64,000 bases of DNA from the NCBI GenBank assembly GCA_964520975.1, contig CAZFPA010000001.1:30425-94424 (forward strand), in the 5' to 3' direction. The DNA is from an uncultured Selenomonadaceae bacterium (GTDB taxonomy: Bacteria > Bacillota > Negativicutes > Selenomonadales > Selenomonadaceae). Each line of letters starts with the position of its first letter. The first letter of the stretch is position 1. The notes under the pieces were generated by a model. That model did not search any database. It had not been told where the DNA came from and was given only the letters and a program-made list of their open reading frames with translations. The translations under genes and the position numbers were made by a program. Positions 50,404 through 59,325 of the stretch are shown piece by piece.

Positions 50404-52281
50404 CTACACCTTCCCTTTCCCTTGTTTCGTTCCCTTACGCGGCCCTTTTCCAGCAGGCCTGGACCGTTGTACGGTCGGTTTCCCATCTGTTTCTTTTTCC
50501 GGCCGGACCAGACACTTAGGGCCATAGCCGATGAGATCCGTACGATGGGCAATACGGAGCGCCTTGCGGACATACGCATGGCTGCGCGGCAGCCAGTACT
50601 GCATCAGCGCCCGCTGCATCCGCTTTTCCTCCGGAGATTTTGCCGTATAGACGGTCTCCCCGGTCAATGGATGGATGCCCGTGTAATACATGCAGGTAGA
50701 AAGCGTTCCCGGCGTAGGAATGAAATCCTGTACCTGCTCCGGTCGATAGCCGAGATCCCGGATAAATTCCGCGAGTTCAATGGCATCTGCGAGCGTTGCT
50801 CCCGGATGACTGGACATAAAATACGGTACCAGATACTGCTTTTTCCCCAAGCGCTCATTCATCTGGCTGAATTTCCGCACAAACTGCAGATAGACCTCCT
50901 TAGAGGACTTCCCCATGAGCTTTGTCACCCGATCCGCCACATGCTCCGGAGCTATCTTCAGCTGTCCGCTGATATGGTATTTGCAAAGCTCAGCCAGAAA
51001 ATCATCCTTGGCCAGCAGCAGATAATCAAAGCGGATACCCGAACGGATAAACACCTTCTTCACGCCGGGAAGCTGCCGCAGCGCACGCAGTAAATGCAGA
51101 TAATCGCTATGATCGGCAATGAGCCGGCTGCAGGGTTTCGGCGATAGACAGGGCTTGCCGCGGCAGGTTCCCCGCTGAAGCTGCGCGTCGCAGGACGGGC
51201 GGCGGAAATTTGCCGTAGGCCCGCCCACATCGTGGATGTAGCCCTTGAAGCCCTTGAGCTTGGTAAGTGCCTGTGCCTCCCGCAGCAGCGAGGCCTCGCT
51301 GCGACGCTGGATAACCCGGCCCTGATGCGAGATGATCGCACAGAAATTACAGCCGCCAAAACAGCCGCGCTGGCTCACAAGACTGAACTGCACCTCCCGG
51401 ATTGCCGGGATTCCGCCCGCTGCCTCATAGCATGGATGGTAGGTGCGCATATAAGGTAAATCATAGACCTCATCCATCTCAGCTTCCGTCAACGGCAAGG
51501 CCGGTGGGTTCTGTACGATGCACCAGTCCCCATTCTGCTGCGCGAGCCGGCGGCCGCGTACCGCATCCTGCTCGAGATATTCAAGTTTGAAGGCCTCGGC
51601 AAACACCCGCTTATCCTGTTTGACTTCGTCATAAGAGGGCAGCTTTTCATAATCCCAAATATAATCAAAATTCGGCACATGGAAGCAGGTTCCCCGTACA
51701 TCCTGAATATTGCCGACCGCGACGCCCTGATGGAGCTCTGCGGCAATCTCCAGAACCTGCCGTTCGCCCATGCCATAGATCAGCAGATCCGCCTGACTGT
51801 CCATGAGCACTGAACGGCGCAGCGAATCCGACCAATAGTCATAATGAGCCAGTCGACGCAAGCTCGCCTCGATGCCGCCGATGATGATAGGAACATCCTT
51901 CCAAAGTTCCCGTAAACGATTCGCGTAGACGATGACAGCCCGATCCGGACGAAAGCCGCTGCGGCCGCCCGGCGAATACGCATCCTCATGGCGGACCTTC
52001 CGCGCGGCAGTAAATTTATTGAGCAGCGAATCCATATTACCGCTCGAAACAAGAAAGCCCAGACGCGGACGCCCTAAACGTGCAAAATCAGCCGTACTGT
52101 GCCAGTCCGGCTGAGCAATGATGCCAACGCGATAGCCATGCTTCTCCAAAAGCCGGCAGATGATTGCCGGTCCAAAGCTCGGATGATCCACATAGGCATC
52201 ACCCGAGACAAAAATAAAATCCAGCATGTCCCAACCACGTTCGGCCATATCCTTCTTACTTATCGGCAAAAAACCATTCAT
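50404..52281 (-). CDS. ygiQ: YgiQ family radical SAM protein (UPF0313)
   Basis: CFGGCNFC motif and a basic C-terminal tail. The ATG at 52281 (MNGFLPISKKDM) is a typical YgiQ start, and the ORF maximum is 52314. Confidence 0.88.
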   Translation of the reverse strand: MNGFLPISKKDMAERGWDMLDFIFVSGDAYVDHPSFGPAIICRLLEKHGYRVGIIAQPDWHSTADFARLGRPRLGFLVSSGNMDSLLNKFTAARKVRHEDAYSPGGRSGFRPDRAVIVYANRLRELWKDVPIIIGGIEASLRRLAHYDYWSDSLRRSVLMDSQADLLIYGMGERQVLEIAAELHQGVAVGNIQDVRGTCFHVPNFDYIWDYEKLPSYDEVKQDKRVFAEAFKLEYLEQDAVRGRRLAQQNGDWCIVQNPPALPLTEAEMDEVYDLPYMRTYHPCYEAAGGIPAIREVQFSLVSQRGCFGGCNFCAIISHQGRVIQRRSEASLLREAQALTKLKGFKGYIHDVGGPTANFRRPSCDAQLQRGTCRGKPCLSPKPCSRLIADHSDYLHLLRALRQLPGVKKVFIRSGIRFDYLLLAKDDFLAELCKYHISGQLKIAPEHVADRVTKLMGKSSKEVYLQFVRKFSQMNERLGKKQYLVPYFMSSHPGATLADAIELAEFIRDLGYRPEQVQDFIPTPGTLSTCMYYTGIHPLTGETVYTAKSPEEKRMQRALMQYWLPRSHAYVRKALRIAHRTDLIGYGPKCLVRPEKETDGKPTVQRSRPAGKGPRKGTKQGKGKV

Positions 52282-52294
52282 GCAAAAACCCCGA

Positions 52295-53083
52295 TCATTT
52301 TTCGTCCTCAGCACTGTCCTTGGTGAAATTCTTTTCTACGACCTCACCGGTCTCGCCGAGCTTGCCCATGTCCTTACCATTGTAAGTCACAACCACAGCA
52401 CCGGCATTGCCCGCCGTGACAGCCACCTTATCCTGGCCCTTCCAGGACATGGTCTTGCCTTTTTCTACCGTTCCCTCAAATACCGACTTTCCATCGACCT
52501 TTACAGATGTCCAGCAGCGATCTGAGAATTTGGCTGTAACCTCAACATCATCAAATTTCTTTTCTGCCGGCTGCTCCGTTTTTGCCGGGGCCTTAGCCGG
52601 CTGTTCGGTTTTTGCCGTCGGCTTGGCGGACGGCTCCGGCGTATCACTGCCCAGCGCGAAATACGCGCCGCCCAGCAATACAACCGCCGCCAGCATGCCC
52701 GCAAAATATTTCTGCGTACTGCGTGATTTTTCTACCCGATCCTTAAAATCATCCCCCGAGGAAAAAAGCTTTTCCTTTACCGGAGCCTTTGCCACTGGAG
52801 CCGGCGCAGCCACAGCCTGTGCTGCTGCCTGCTGGGCCTCCTCAGCCGCTGCCTCCGGATGGGCCTCCTCCTTGTACTGCCGCAGAAGCGCATCGGCATC
52901 GAGCTTCAGAAAACCGGCATAATTCCGGATGAAGCCCTTGGCATACACATCCCCTGGCAAAGATTTATAATCCCCATTTTCAATAGCTTCTATATAGAGA
53001 GCGCGGATACTCGTTTCCTGCTCGACGTCTTTCACTGTCAAATTTTGTTTTTCGCGTTCCTGACGCAAAATATCTCCTAACAT
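52295..53083 (-). CDS. rodZ: RodZ-like cytoskeleton protein (HTH + DUF4115)
   Basis: N-terminal XRE-type HTH, a low-complexity linker with a TM segment, and a C-terminal DUF4115-like beta domain. Confidence 0.85.
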   Translation of the reverse strand: MLGDILRQEREKQNLTVKDVEQETSIRALYIEAIENGDYKSLPGDVYAKGFIRNYAGFLKLDADALLRQYKEEAHPEAAAEEAQQAAAQAVAAPAPVAKAPVKEKLFSSGDDFKDRVEKSRSTQKYFAGMLAAVVLLGGAYFALGSDTPEPSAKPTAKTEQPAKAPAKTEQPAEKKFDDVEVTAKFSDRCWTSVKVDGKSVFEGTVEKGKTMSWKGQDKVAVTAGNAGAVVVTYNGKDMGKLGETGEVVEKNFTKDSAEDEK

Positions 53084-53259
53084 CCCTATTTTTCCCCCTA
53101 CCGCTTTTTTTCATTTCATCCCACCAAAAAGGAGTGAAACATATTGGTCCTCGTTATATTATACATGAAAGATGCTGTTTTACAAATAGGCCAAAAGGAA
53201 AAAGAGGATGAATTTATTCCATTCTGCCATCTATTTTAAACATTTTTGCTTTTACGCAC

Positions 53260-53288
53260 TTCACAGCTGCCTTCCCGGCGTATATAAT
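53260..53288 (+). promoter_or_regulatory. candidate sigma70 promoter for the small plus-strand ORF
   Basis: TTCACA (53260-53265), 17 nt, TATAAT (53283-53288). Confidence 0.5.
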
Positions 53289-53380
53289 ATAGAAAAATAA
53301 AGGCCGGGCCGAGAGCGTGGCTCCTGCATTCCGCCGGAATGCCCCCATTCAGCCCCAGCCATTCATTTGAGGTGATTTTC

Positions 53381-53668
53381 TTGCGTATCAAGCTTACCGG
53401 CTGGTATCAGCTCCCAAACGAGAACCAGCCCCAGCCCTTTGACTTTGAGGATGTCTTTGATGCTTCCTTCATGCACAAATACACCCGGTATCGTTCCCTG
53501 GAGAAATTTCTCACCGGCAGCCGACTGCCCATTGCTTCGCAAAAGGATTTTGAGGAGCTTCCAGAAGAAAAAATGGATGCCTTCGTAAAGAAAGCATCCA
53601 AATTTTCCTCCTGGCAGGAAATGCTGGATTTCGCTACCGATCGATATGCCCGCCGGAAGCGCAGCTGA
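53381..53668 (+). CDS. hypothetical protein (about 95 aa)
   Basis: The ORF is preceded by GAGGTG 6 nt before the TTG at 53381 (ORF maximum ATG at 53339). It has its own promoter and terminator. I recognise no family. Confidence 0.5.
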   Translation: MRIKLTGWYQLPNENQPQPFDFEDVFDASFMHKYTRYRSLEKFLTGSRLPIASQKDFEELPEEKMDAFVKKASKFSSWQEMLDFATDRYARRKRS

Positions 53669-53687
53669 CTGCGCTTCTTTTATTTTT
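53657..53687 (+). terminator. intrinsic terminator overlapping two convergent stop codons
   Basis: Stem gaagcgcag(53657-53665)/ctgcgcttc(53670-53678) followed by TTTTATTTTT. Confidence 0.7.
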
Positions 53688-54165
53688 GCTCCGGAGTCTC
53701 CTGCTGTGCTGCGCCCCAGATCACCTGCATGATATCCGTATATTTTTCCTGCAGATGCTGCAGCACTACGTCGATCACAGCCCGTACAAGTGCCGGATCC
53801 ATTGCCTCATCCGTAGACGGGATGCAGCAATCCAGCACGAGATCGCCTTTTTCTGAGGTATAATACTTGAAAACCTTATACTGGCGGTTCATCTCATTGA
53901 TAAAGGCCTCCACCCGGCTGCGGTTCTCATCGTTGATGACATTCGTCGCCACCCAGACGCGGAATACCGAATAAATCGTCGTATCGAAGATCAGTGCCAA
54001 GGAGAGGTACTGCCCCTTTACCTCCATATTGGAACGATAAATGACCGTTTTGTACTCATCCTGCAGCTCCTCAGGTTTGAAAATGTTCTCAAGCTCGCCA
54101 TTCAAGGATTCTTTGAACTTTTCTGCTTTCTTATTCACATCCATACCCCTTTTCCTCATTTGCAT
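53680..54165 (-). CDS. YbjN-like (putative sensory transduction regulator / T3SS-chaperone-like fold) protein
   Basis: 161 aa whose pattern resembles the YbjN family. The family call is tentative. The ATG at 54165 lies 6 nt after AAGGAG. Confidence 0.55.
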   Translation of the reverse strand: MQMRKRGMDVNKKAEKFKESLNGELENIFKPEELQDEYKTVIYRSNMEVKGQYLSLALIFDTTIYSVFRVWVATNVINDENRSRVEAFINEMNRQYKVFKYYTSEKGDLVLDCCIPSTDEAMDPALVRAVIDVVLQHLQEKYTDIMQVIWGAAQQETPEQK

Positions 54166-54180
54166 TTTAAACTCCTTTTA

Positions 54181-54348
54181 TTATAACGCCATTGTTCAAA
54201 ATTTCGCAACGCGAAATTCTTCCCATCAGTGTTTCAACGAAGCGAGAGATGCCACCCCATCGGCTGTTATTTCCGTTTGCGCCCCCACCTGCAGAGGGTG
54301 GAACATCTTGTTCCGAGTTATAACGCCATTGTTCATGATTTCGCAACA
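54181..54348. repeat. dispersed intergenic repeat, copy 2 (about 1.2 units, period 137 bp)
   Basis: A-box TTATAACGCCATTGTTCA.ATTTCGCAA occurs at 54181 and again at 54318. The palindrome AATTTCGC-aac-GCGAAATT is at 54200-54218. Confidence 0.85.
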
Positions 54349-54367
54349 AGACAAGCGATATCTGCCA

Positions 54368-54409
54368 AAGCAGAAAAATGCCGGCAGCCTTTTCGGGCTA
54401 CCGGCATTT
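54368..54409 (-). terminator. intrinsic terminator after the secreted-protein gene
   Basis: Stem aaatgccgg(54376-54384)/ccggcattt(54401-54409) with a U-run on the minus strand. Confidence 0.7.
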
Positions 54410-54411
54410 CC

Positions 54412-55158
54412 TCATTCACCAGTCTGTTCGCCATCTGCCTGCGGGGCATCCGCCGGCGGTGCCTGCTGATCCATATCCTGCGGAGCTCCCTTATGTTCTC
54501 CATCGAAATCCCCCTGTGGCGGCATTCCGTGCTTTTTATCCTGCTTCAGCGCGGACGTGTCTACCTTCAGACTGCCTGCCACATCCTTCCAGGAATTATT
54601 GATTTTCTTCATGCCCAGGACCGACTGAACATCCTTGCCGGAAGCCTTGGCCAGGACGCCTGCCGCATGGATATCCTGTGGCTGATACCCCTGCTGCAGC
54701 AGCTGACCGGCAAGGCTCTCGGATACATCCCCATCCTTTGCCAGTCGCTGCGCCATCATCTGCTGCTTGAAGGTCTGCATCTGCTCCTTGGTAACACCAA
54801 GGGAGCTGGCCACATCCGACCATTTATTATCACTCGTCTTCAGGGCCATCACATCATTGAAGGACTTGCCACTGAGCTTCGCGAGCTCGGCTCCGTGAAA
54901 GGCATCACGAAAATCACGGCCGTTGCTCTTCACATAGCTCAGGACCTCGTCCTTGCTGACGCCAAAGGTATCGGCAAGATGCTGAGCAGCTTTATCCGCA
55001 TCCATCTTTGGCGGCTTCGGCGGCTTCTGATTGTGTACAGCGGACACCTGCTGTCCTTCCTGGCTGGCGGCCTGTACCGTATAGGCCGCTGTGCTGCCGG
55101 CCAGCAGTACGACTCCACTCAATAATCCAACGGCTATTCTTTTGCTTAAAATGTTCAT
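54412..55158 (-). CDS. secreted protein with two internal about 40-aa repeats, function unknown
   Basis: The signal peptide is MNILSKRIAVGLLSGVVLLAGSTAAYTVQA. The repeats are FHGAELAKLSGKSFNDVMALKTSDNKWSDVASSLGV and IHAAGVLAKASGKDVQSVLGMKKINNSWKDVAGSLKV. The tail is low-complexity and acidic. Confidence 0.7.
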   Translation of the reverse strand: MNILSKRIAVGLLSGVVLLAGSTAAYTVQAASQEGQQVSAVHNQKPPKPPKMDADKAAQHLADTFGVSKDEVLSYVKSNGRDFRDAFHGAELAKLSGKSFNDVMALKTSDNKWSDVASSLGVTKEQMQTFKQQMMAQRLAKDGDVSESLAGQLLQQGYQPQDIHAAGVLAKASGKDVQSVLGMKKINNSWKDVAGSLKVDTSALKQDKKHGMPPQGDFDGEHKGAPQDMDQQAPPADAPQADGEQTGE

Positions 55159-55251
55159 GACATTTCATCTCCTCATTTATGATACTCATAGTATAGCCAG
55201 CTGAACTTAAAAGAAGCTTAGCTCAAGATTAAAAATACATGAGGTTTTTAC

Positions 55252-55287
55252 AAAAAAATTTCCGGCAGACTGCCTGCCGGAAATTTT
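55252..55287 (-). terminator. intrinsic terminator of the pheST-zapA transcript
   Basis: A 13-bp stem aaatttccggcag(55256-55268)/ctgccggaaattt(55274-55286). The A7 run at 55252-55258 gives a U-run on the minus strand. Confidence 0.85.
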
Positions 55288-55290
55288 CCT

Positions 55291-55400
55291 GTTATAATGC
55301 CATTCTGCAAAATGTAACAACGAGACGGGAGGGATCACCCCGCCGCCTGTTATTTCCGTTCGCCCCCGCCAGCTGCAGGAGCCATCCTGTTCCGGGTTAT
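55291..55400. repeat. dispersed intergenic repeat, copy 3 (palindrome region deleted)
   Basis: GTTATAATGCCATTCTGCAAAATG...CCTGTTATTTCCGTTCGCCCCCGCCAGCTGCAGGAGCCATCCTGTTCCGGGTTAT aligns to copies 2 and 4. It lies between the zapA stop codon and its terminator. Confidence 0.8.
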
Positions 55401-55747
55401 TTTTCTTCGAGCAGCGCCAGCAGCTCATCATAGTCCTTCTGCAGGCGGCAATAATCATCCGCCAGCTGCAGCGCGGCCAGCACACTGATCTTGTTGCCGG
55501 AAAAGCTCCTCGTCTTCTTGGCCGCTTCCCGCATATTCTTGTCCACCATGGCGGCGAGCTTCTTCATATACTCAACATCCGCCTCTTCGCTTTTCAACGG
55601 ATACATCTCGCCAAAAATTTCCACTACGATTTTGCTCTCCACGCCTATCACCCTTGCTTTTCTAGTCTTATCTTCTAAATTCTCGCTAAGGGCCACGATT
55701 TCCTGCCCGCGAAGAAAAAATGGGGAACCGCCGCAGCGATTCCCCAT
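55397..55747 (-). CDS. zapA: cell division protein ZapA
   Basis: ZapA-like core (VEIFGEMYPLKS...ISVLAALQLADDY) downstream of pheT, as in Bacillus. The start is uncertain, with candidates ATG 55747, GTG 55696 and GTG 55651. Confidence 0.75.
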   Translation of the reverse strand: MGNRCGGSPFFLRGQEIVALSENLEDKTRKARVIGVESKIVVEIFGEMYPLKSEEADVEYMKKLAAMVDKNMREAAKKTRSFSGNKISVLAALQLADDYCRLQKDYDELLALLEEK

Positions 55748-55753
55748 AAAAAC

Positions 55754-58189
55754 TCAGGCCCGAAGCTCGGCATTAAACTCTTTCTGCACTGCCCCCAGGA
55801 TATTCTGGAAAGCTGCATCCGCTTCTTCATCCGTAAGTGTCTTGTCCTTGGACTGGAACTGCATCGTGAAGGCCAGGCTCTTTTTGCCCGCCTCGATCTG
55901 TTTGCCCGTATAGACATCGAAGAGGCAGACTTCCTTGAAATGCTTACCAGCATTTTTAGCAATCACCTTTTCAATATCCGCCGCGCTGACATCTTCCGCA
56001 ACCAGCATTGCCAGATCACGGCTGATTGCCGGATACTTCGGCAGCGGCTCATAGCTGAACTTCGTTGCGGTGTATTTCATGAGCGTGGCAATATCCATCT
56101 CAAATACATACATTTTCTTCGTCGTCCCCAGCGCTTCCGCAACTGCCGGATGCACCTCACCCACCTGGGCGATGATCTCACGACCCTTTTTAAATACCGC
56201 TGTCTTGCCCGGATGCATCGCGTAATGCTCCCCAGCCTCTACGGTATACTTGGCAATATGGAGCTGGGCCAGCAGTTCCTCGACGATGCCCTTGGCATCA
56301 TAGAAGTCCACCAGTGCATTGTCCTGATTCCAGCCTACCGGATTGCGACGCCCCGTCAAAAGGCCCGCAAGCTTCAAAACCTCTTCCGGCTGCTCCGTTA
56401 CCGGCAGAGCCTTCGGATAGAATACCGGTGCAACCTCAAAGAGCTGTACATCCTCATTCTTCCGGGAGAAATTCCGCAGCGTATTCTCAAAGATACTGCC
56501 CAGGAGTGCAGTACGCACCAGCGGGTACTCATCCGTCAGCGGATTCATGATCGGGATGGCCTGCCGCAGCGGACTGTCCGCCGGCAGATTGAGCTTATCG
56601 AACATCGCCGGATGCGTGAAGCTGAAGGAAACCTCTTCGCTCATACCCAAACCGGTCAGCACTGCCTTAATCTTATCGATGAAGTTCTGCCGGTCGCTCT
56701 GACGGCCCTGCATGACACTGCCAAACGGCGTCGAGGTCACAATATTGTCAAAGCCATAGATCCGCGCAACTTCCTCCGAAAGGTCCTCCATATAGGAAAC
56801 ATCATTGCGCCAGGACGGAACCGTAACACGATAGCTTTCCACGCCGACGGTCTCCACCGCAAAGCCCAGGCTCTGCAGAATCGTAACCATCTGCGCCCCG
56901 GCAATCTTTGTGCCCAGCCGGTTATTGATGGCTTCTGCCGTAAAATCAACCTGCGCAGCGGACTGTGGTGCCGGATACACATCCACGATTCCCTGCGTCA
57001 CAGTACAGGCGCCCATATCCTGCAGGAGCTGTGCAGCCCGATCCAGTGCCCGCCCGGTCCTGGTTACATCGACTCCGCGCTCAAAGCGGCCGGAGGCTTC
57101 CGAATGCAGACCACAGGCCCGTGAAGTACGGCGGATGCTCGGGCCATTAAAGGACGCGGCCTCCAATACTACAGTCGTCGTCTTTTCCGTAACCTCTGTC
57201 TCCAGTCCTCCCATGACACCCGCCAGACCGGCAGCCTTTTCGGCATCGGCAATGACAAGCTCCTCACCCTTTGCCTTGCGGGAAGAATCATCCAGTGTAT
57301 GGAGCTCTTCCCCGGCAACAGCCCGGCGAGCGGTAAGGCTGGCACCGGCAATCTGATCGTAGTCATAGGCATGCATAGGCTGTCCAAGCTCTACCATGAC
57401 AAAATTCGTCACATCGACCACATTGTTGATGGCCCGGATTCCAGCGCCTTCTAGGCGCTGCTGCATCCATTCCGGTGAAGGACCGATTTTGACATTTTTC
57501 AGCACACGGGCTGAGAAACGTGAGCAGAGATCCTCGGCCTCTATGCCGATACGGATAAGCTCTGCAGCCTTGGCAGCGTCATCCTCTTTCGCCCCGATGG
57601 TCGGCCACTTCGGCGTATTGCCCGTAAGTACAGCGACCTCGCGTACCAGGCCGAATACACTGAAACAGTCCCCGCGGTTGGCCGTGAGCTCAAATTCGAG
57701 AACGACATCATCCAGTCCCAGTACATCTTTCACCGGTACACCTACCGGCGTATCTGCCGGCAGAATATATATGCCGTCTTTTTGCTCCTCCGTGAGCTTT
57801 TCCAGATCCAGCTTGAGCTCCCCTGCCGAGCAGAGCATTCCCATCGAAACAACGCCACGCAGTTTTCCCTTGGAAATCTTCAAGCCATTGGGAAGATGGG
57901 CACCGATCATGGCAACCGGAACGACCTGTCCCTCTGCGACATTCTGGGCGCCCGTCACGATGATAACAGGCTCCTTAGCACCTACATTCATCGTACAGAT
58001 CTGCAGATGATCGGAATTGGCATGCGGCTCGAGCTTCTCAATACGGCCCGTAACCACCTTGTCCAGACCGGCATCAGCCCGGATTACATTTTCCACCGGC
58101 ACCCCGGCCATCGTGAGCTTATCCGCGAGTTCTTCCGCGGTTTCATTGAAATCTATATAATCTTTCAGCCATTTTATGGATACTTGCAT
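55754..58189 (-). CDS. pheT: phenylalanine--tRNA ligase beta subunit
   Basis: 811 aa with tRNA-binding, B3/4, B5 and FDX-ACB domains. Confidence 0.95.
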   Translation of the reverse strand: MQVSIKWLKDYIDFNETAEELADKLTMAGVPVENVIRADAGLDKVVTGRIEKLEPHANSDHLQICTMNVGAKEPVIIVTGAQNVAEGQVVPVAMIGAHLPNGLKISKGKLRGVVSMGMLCSAGELKLDLEKLTEEQKDGIYILPADTPVGVPVKDVLGLDDVVLEFELTANRGDCFSVFGLVREVAVLTGNTPKWPTIGAKEDDAAKAAELIRIGIEAEDLCSRFSARVLKNVKIGPSPEWMQQRLEGAGIRAINNVVDVTNFVMVELGQPMHAYDYDQIAGASLTARRAVAGEELHTLDDSSRKAKGEELVIADAEKAAGLAGVMGGLETEVTEKTTTVVLEAASFNGPSIRRTSRACGLHSEASGRFERGVDVTRTGRALDRAAQLLQDMGACTVTQGIVDVYPAPQSAAQVDFTAEAINNRLGTKIAGAQMVTILQSLGFAVETVGVESYRVTVPSWRNDVSYMEDLSEEVARIYGFDNIVTSTPFGSVMQGRQSDRQNFIDKIKAVLTGLGMSEEVSFSFTHPAMFDKLNLPADSPLRQAIPIMNPLTDEYPLVRTALLGSIFENTLRNFSRKNEDVQLFEVAPVFYPKALPVTEQPEEVLKLAGLLTGRRNPVGWNQDNALVDFYDAKGIVEELLAQLHIAKYTVEAGEHYAMHPGKTAVFKKGREIIAQVGEVHPAVAEALGTTKKMYVFEMDIATLMKYTATKFSYEPLPKYPAISRDLAMLVAEDVSAADIEKVIAKNAGKHFKEVCLFDVYTGKQIEAGKKSLAFTMQFQSKDKTLTDEEADAAFQNILGAVQKEFNAELRA

Positions 58190-58281
58190 AATCTCTTTTA
58201 TCTCCTTTTCCTATTCATATTCGAAAACCAGTGTCCCCTTCATCCCCGACGAACGGAATGAAGCATTGCATACACCGCTTC

Positions 58282-59310
58282 TCAGAACTGACGCAAAAAA
58301 CGCATATCGTTGTCATAGAACAGACGCAGGTCATCTACGCCATAGGAAAGCATCGCGATGCGCTCTACCCCCAGGCCAAACGCAAAGCCGCTGACCTTTT
58401 TGGGATCATAGCCGCTCATTTCAAGCACATGCGGATGCACCATACCGGCACCGAGGATTTCCAGCCATCCCGTGCCCTTGCAGACCCGGCAGCCCTTGCC
58501 ATGGCACATGACACAGGAAATATCGACCTCTGCGCTCGGCTCCGTAAACGGGAAAAAGCTTGGACGGAAACGAACACCGACATTTTCATTGAAAATCTGA
58601 TGCAGGAACAGTTCCAGCGTTCCCTTCAGGTCCGCCAGGCTGATGCCCTTATCGATGACAAGGCCCTCTACCTGCGTGAACATCGGAGAATGCGTCGCGT
58701 CATAATCATCACGGCGATAGACGCGGCCCGGTGCAATCATACGAATCGGACTGTTCGGCTCATGGGACTGCATGGTGCGGGCCTGTACCGGCGAGGTCTG
58801 CGTCCGCATGAGAATTTCCTCGGTGATGTAAAAAGAATCCTGCATATCGCGGGCCGGATGATCCTTCGGCAGATTCAAGGCTTCAAAATTGAAGTAATCG
58901 CGCTCAATCTCCGGGCCTTCCTCTACACTGAAGCCCATCGTCATGAAAATATCCTTGATGCGGTTCAGCGTGAGCGTAAGCGGATGCAGGTGTCCCAGCG
59001 GAGCCTGACGGCCCGGCAGCGTCACATCGATTTTCTCACTGGCCAGGCGGCTTTCGAGTTCCTTTGTCTTGAGCTCTTCGTTCTTGTCGGCAATAAGCGC
59101 TTCCAGCTGCTGACGCGCCTCATTTACGATCTGACCGATACGCGGGCGATCCTCCTTGCTGAGCTGTCCCAGTCCACGCAGCAGACCAGTGATTTCGCCC
59201 TTCTTCCCGAGATATTTCACGCGGATCTCATTGAGATCATTGAGATTCTTAGCTGCCTTTTTGACGGCTTCGGCAGCTTCCCGCTTCAGCTCTTCAATCT
59301 TTTCTTCCAT
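58282..59310 (-). CDS. pheS: phenylalanine--tRNA ligase alpha subunit
   Basis: Class II motifs ([25 protein letters not shown]). The ATG at 59310 follows AAGGAGG, and the ORF maximum is 59346. Confidence 0.95.
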   Translation of the reverse strand: MEEKIEELKREAAEAVKKAAKNLNDLNEIRVKYLGKKGEITGLLRGLGQLSKEDRPRIGQIVNEARQQLEALIADKNEELKTKELESRLASEKIDVTLPGRQAPLGHLHPLTLTLNRIKDIFMTMGFSVEEGPEIERDYFNFEALNLPKDHPARDMQDSFYITEEILMRTQTSPVQARTMQSHEPNSPIRMIAPGRVYRRDDYDATHSPMFTQVEGLVIDKGISLADLKGTLELFLHQIFNENVGVRFRPSFFPFTEPSAEVDISCVMCHGKGCRVCKGTGWLEILGAGMVHPHVLEMSGYDPKKVSGFAFGLGVERIAMLSYGVDDLRLFYDNDMRFLRQF

Positions 59311-59325
59311 AATGCCCTCCTTAAA

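Noticed and set aside
54181-54348. Possible CRISPR-like array, with 40-bp A-boxes repeated at a period of 137-139 bp
   Set aside because: Each locus has only two repeats. The 'spacers' are about 100 bp and are homologous between loci, and no cas genes are present. This is a tandem or dispersed repeat, not a CRISPR array.
58190-58281. 92-nt pheS-pheT spacer with a hairpin (cttcattcc/ggggatgaag)
   Set aside because: There is no U-run and no recognisable regulatory motif. It is most likely an ordinary intercistronic structure.
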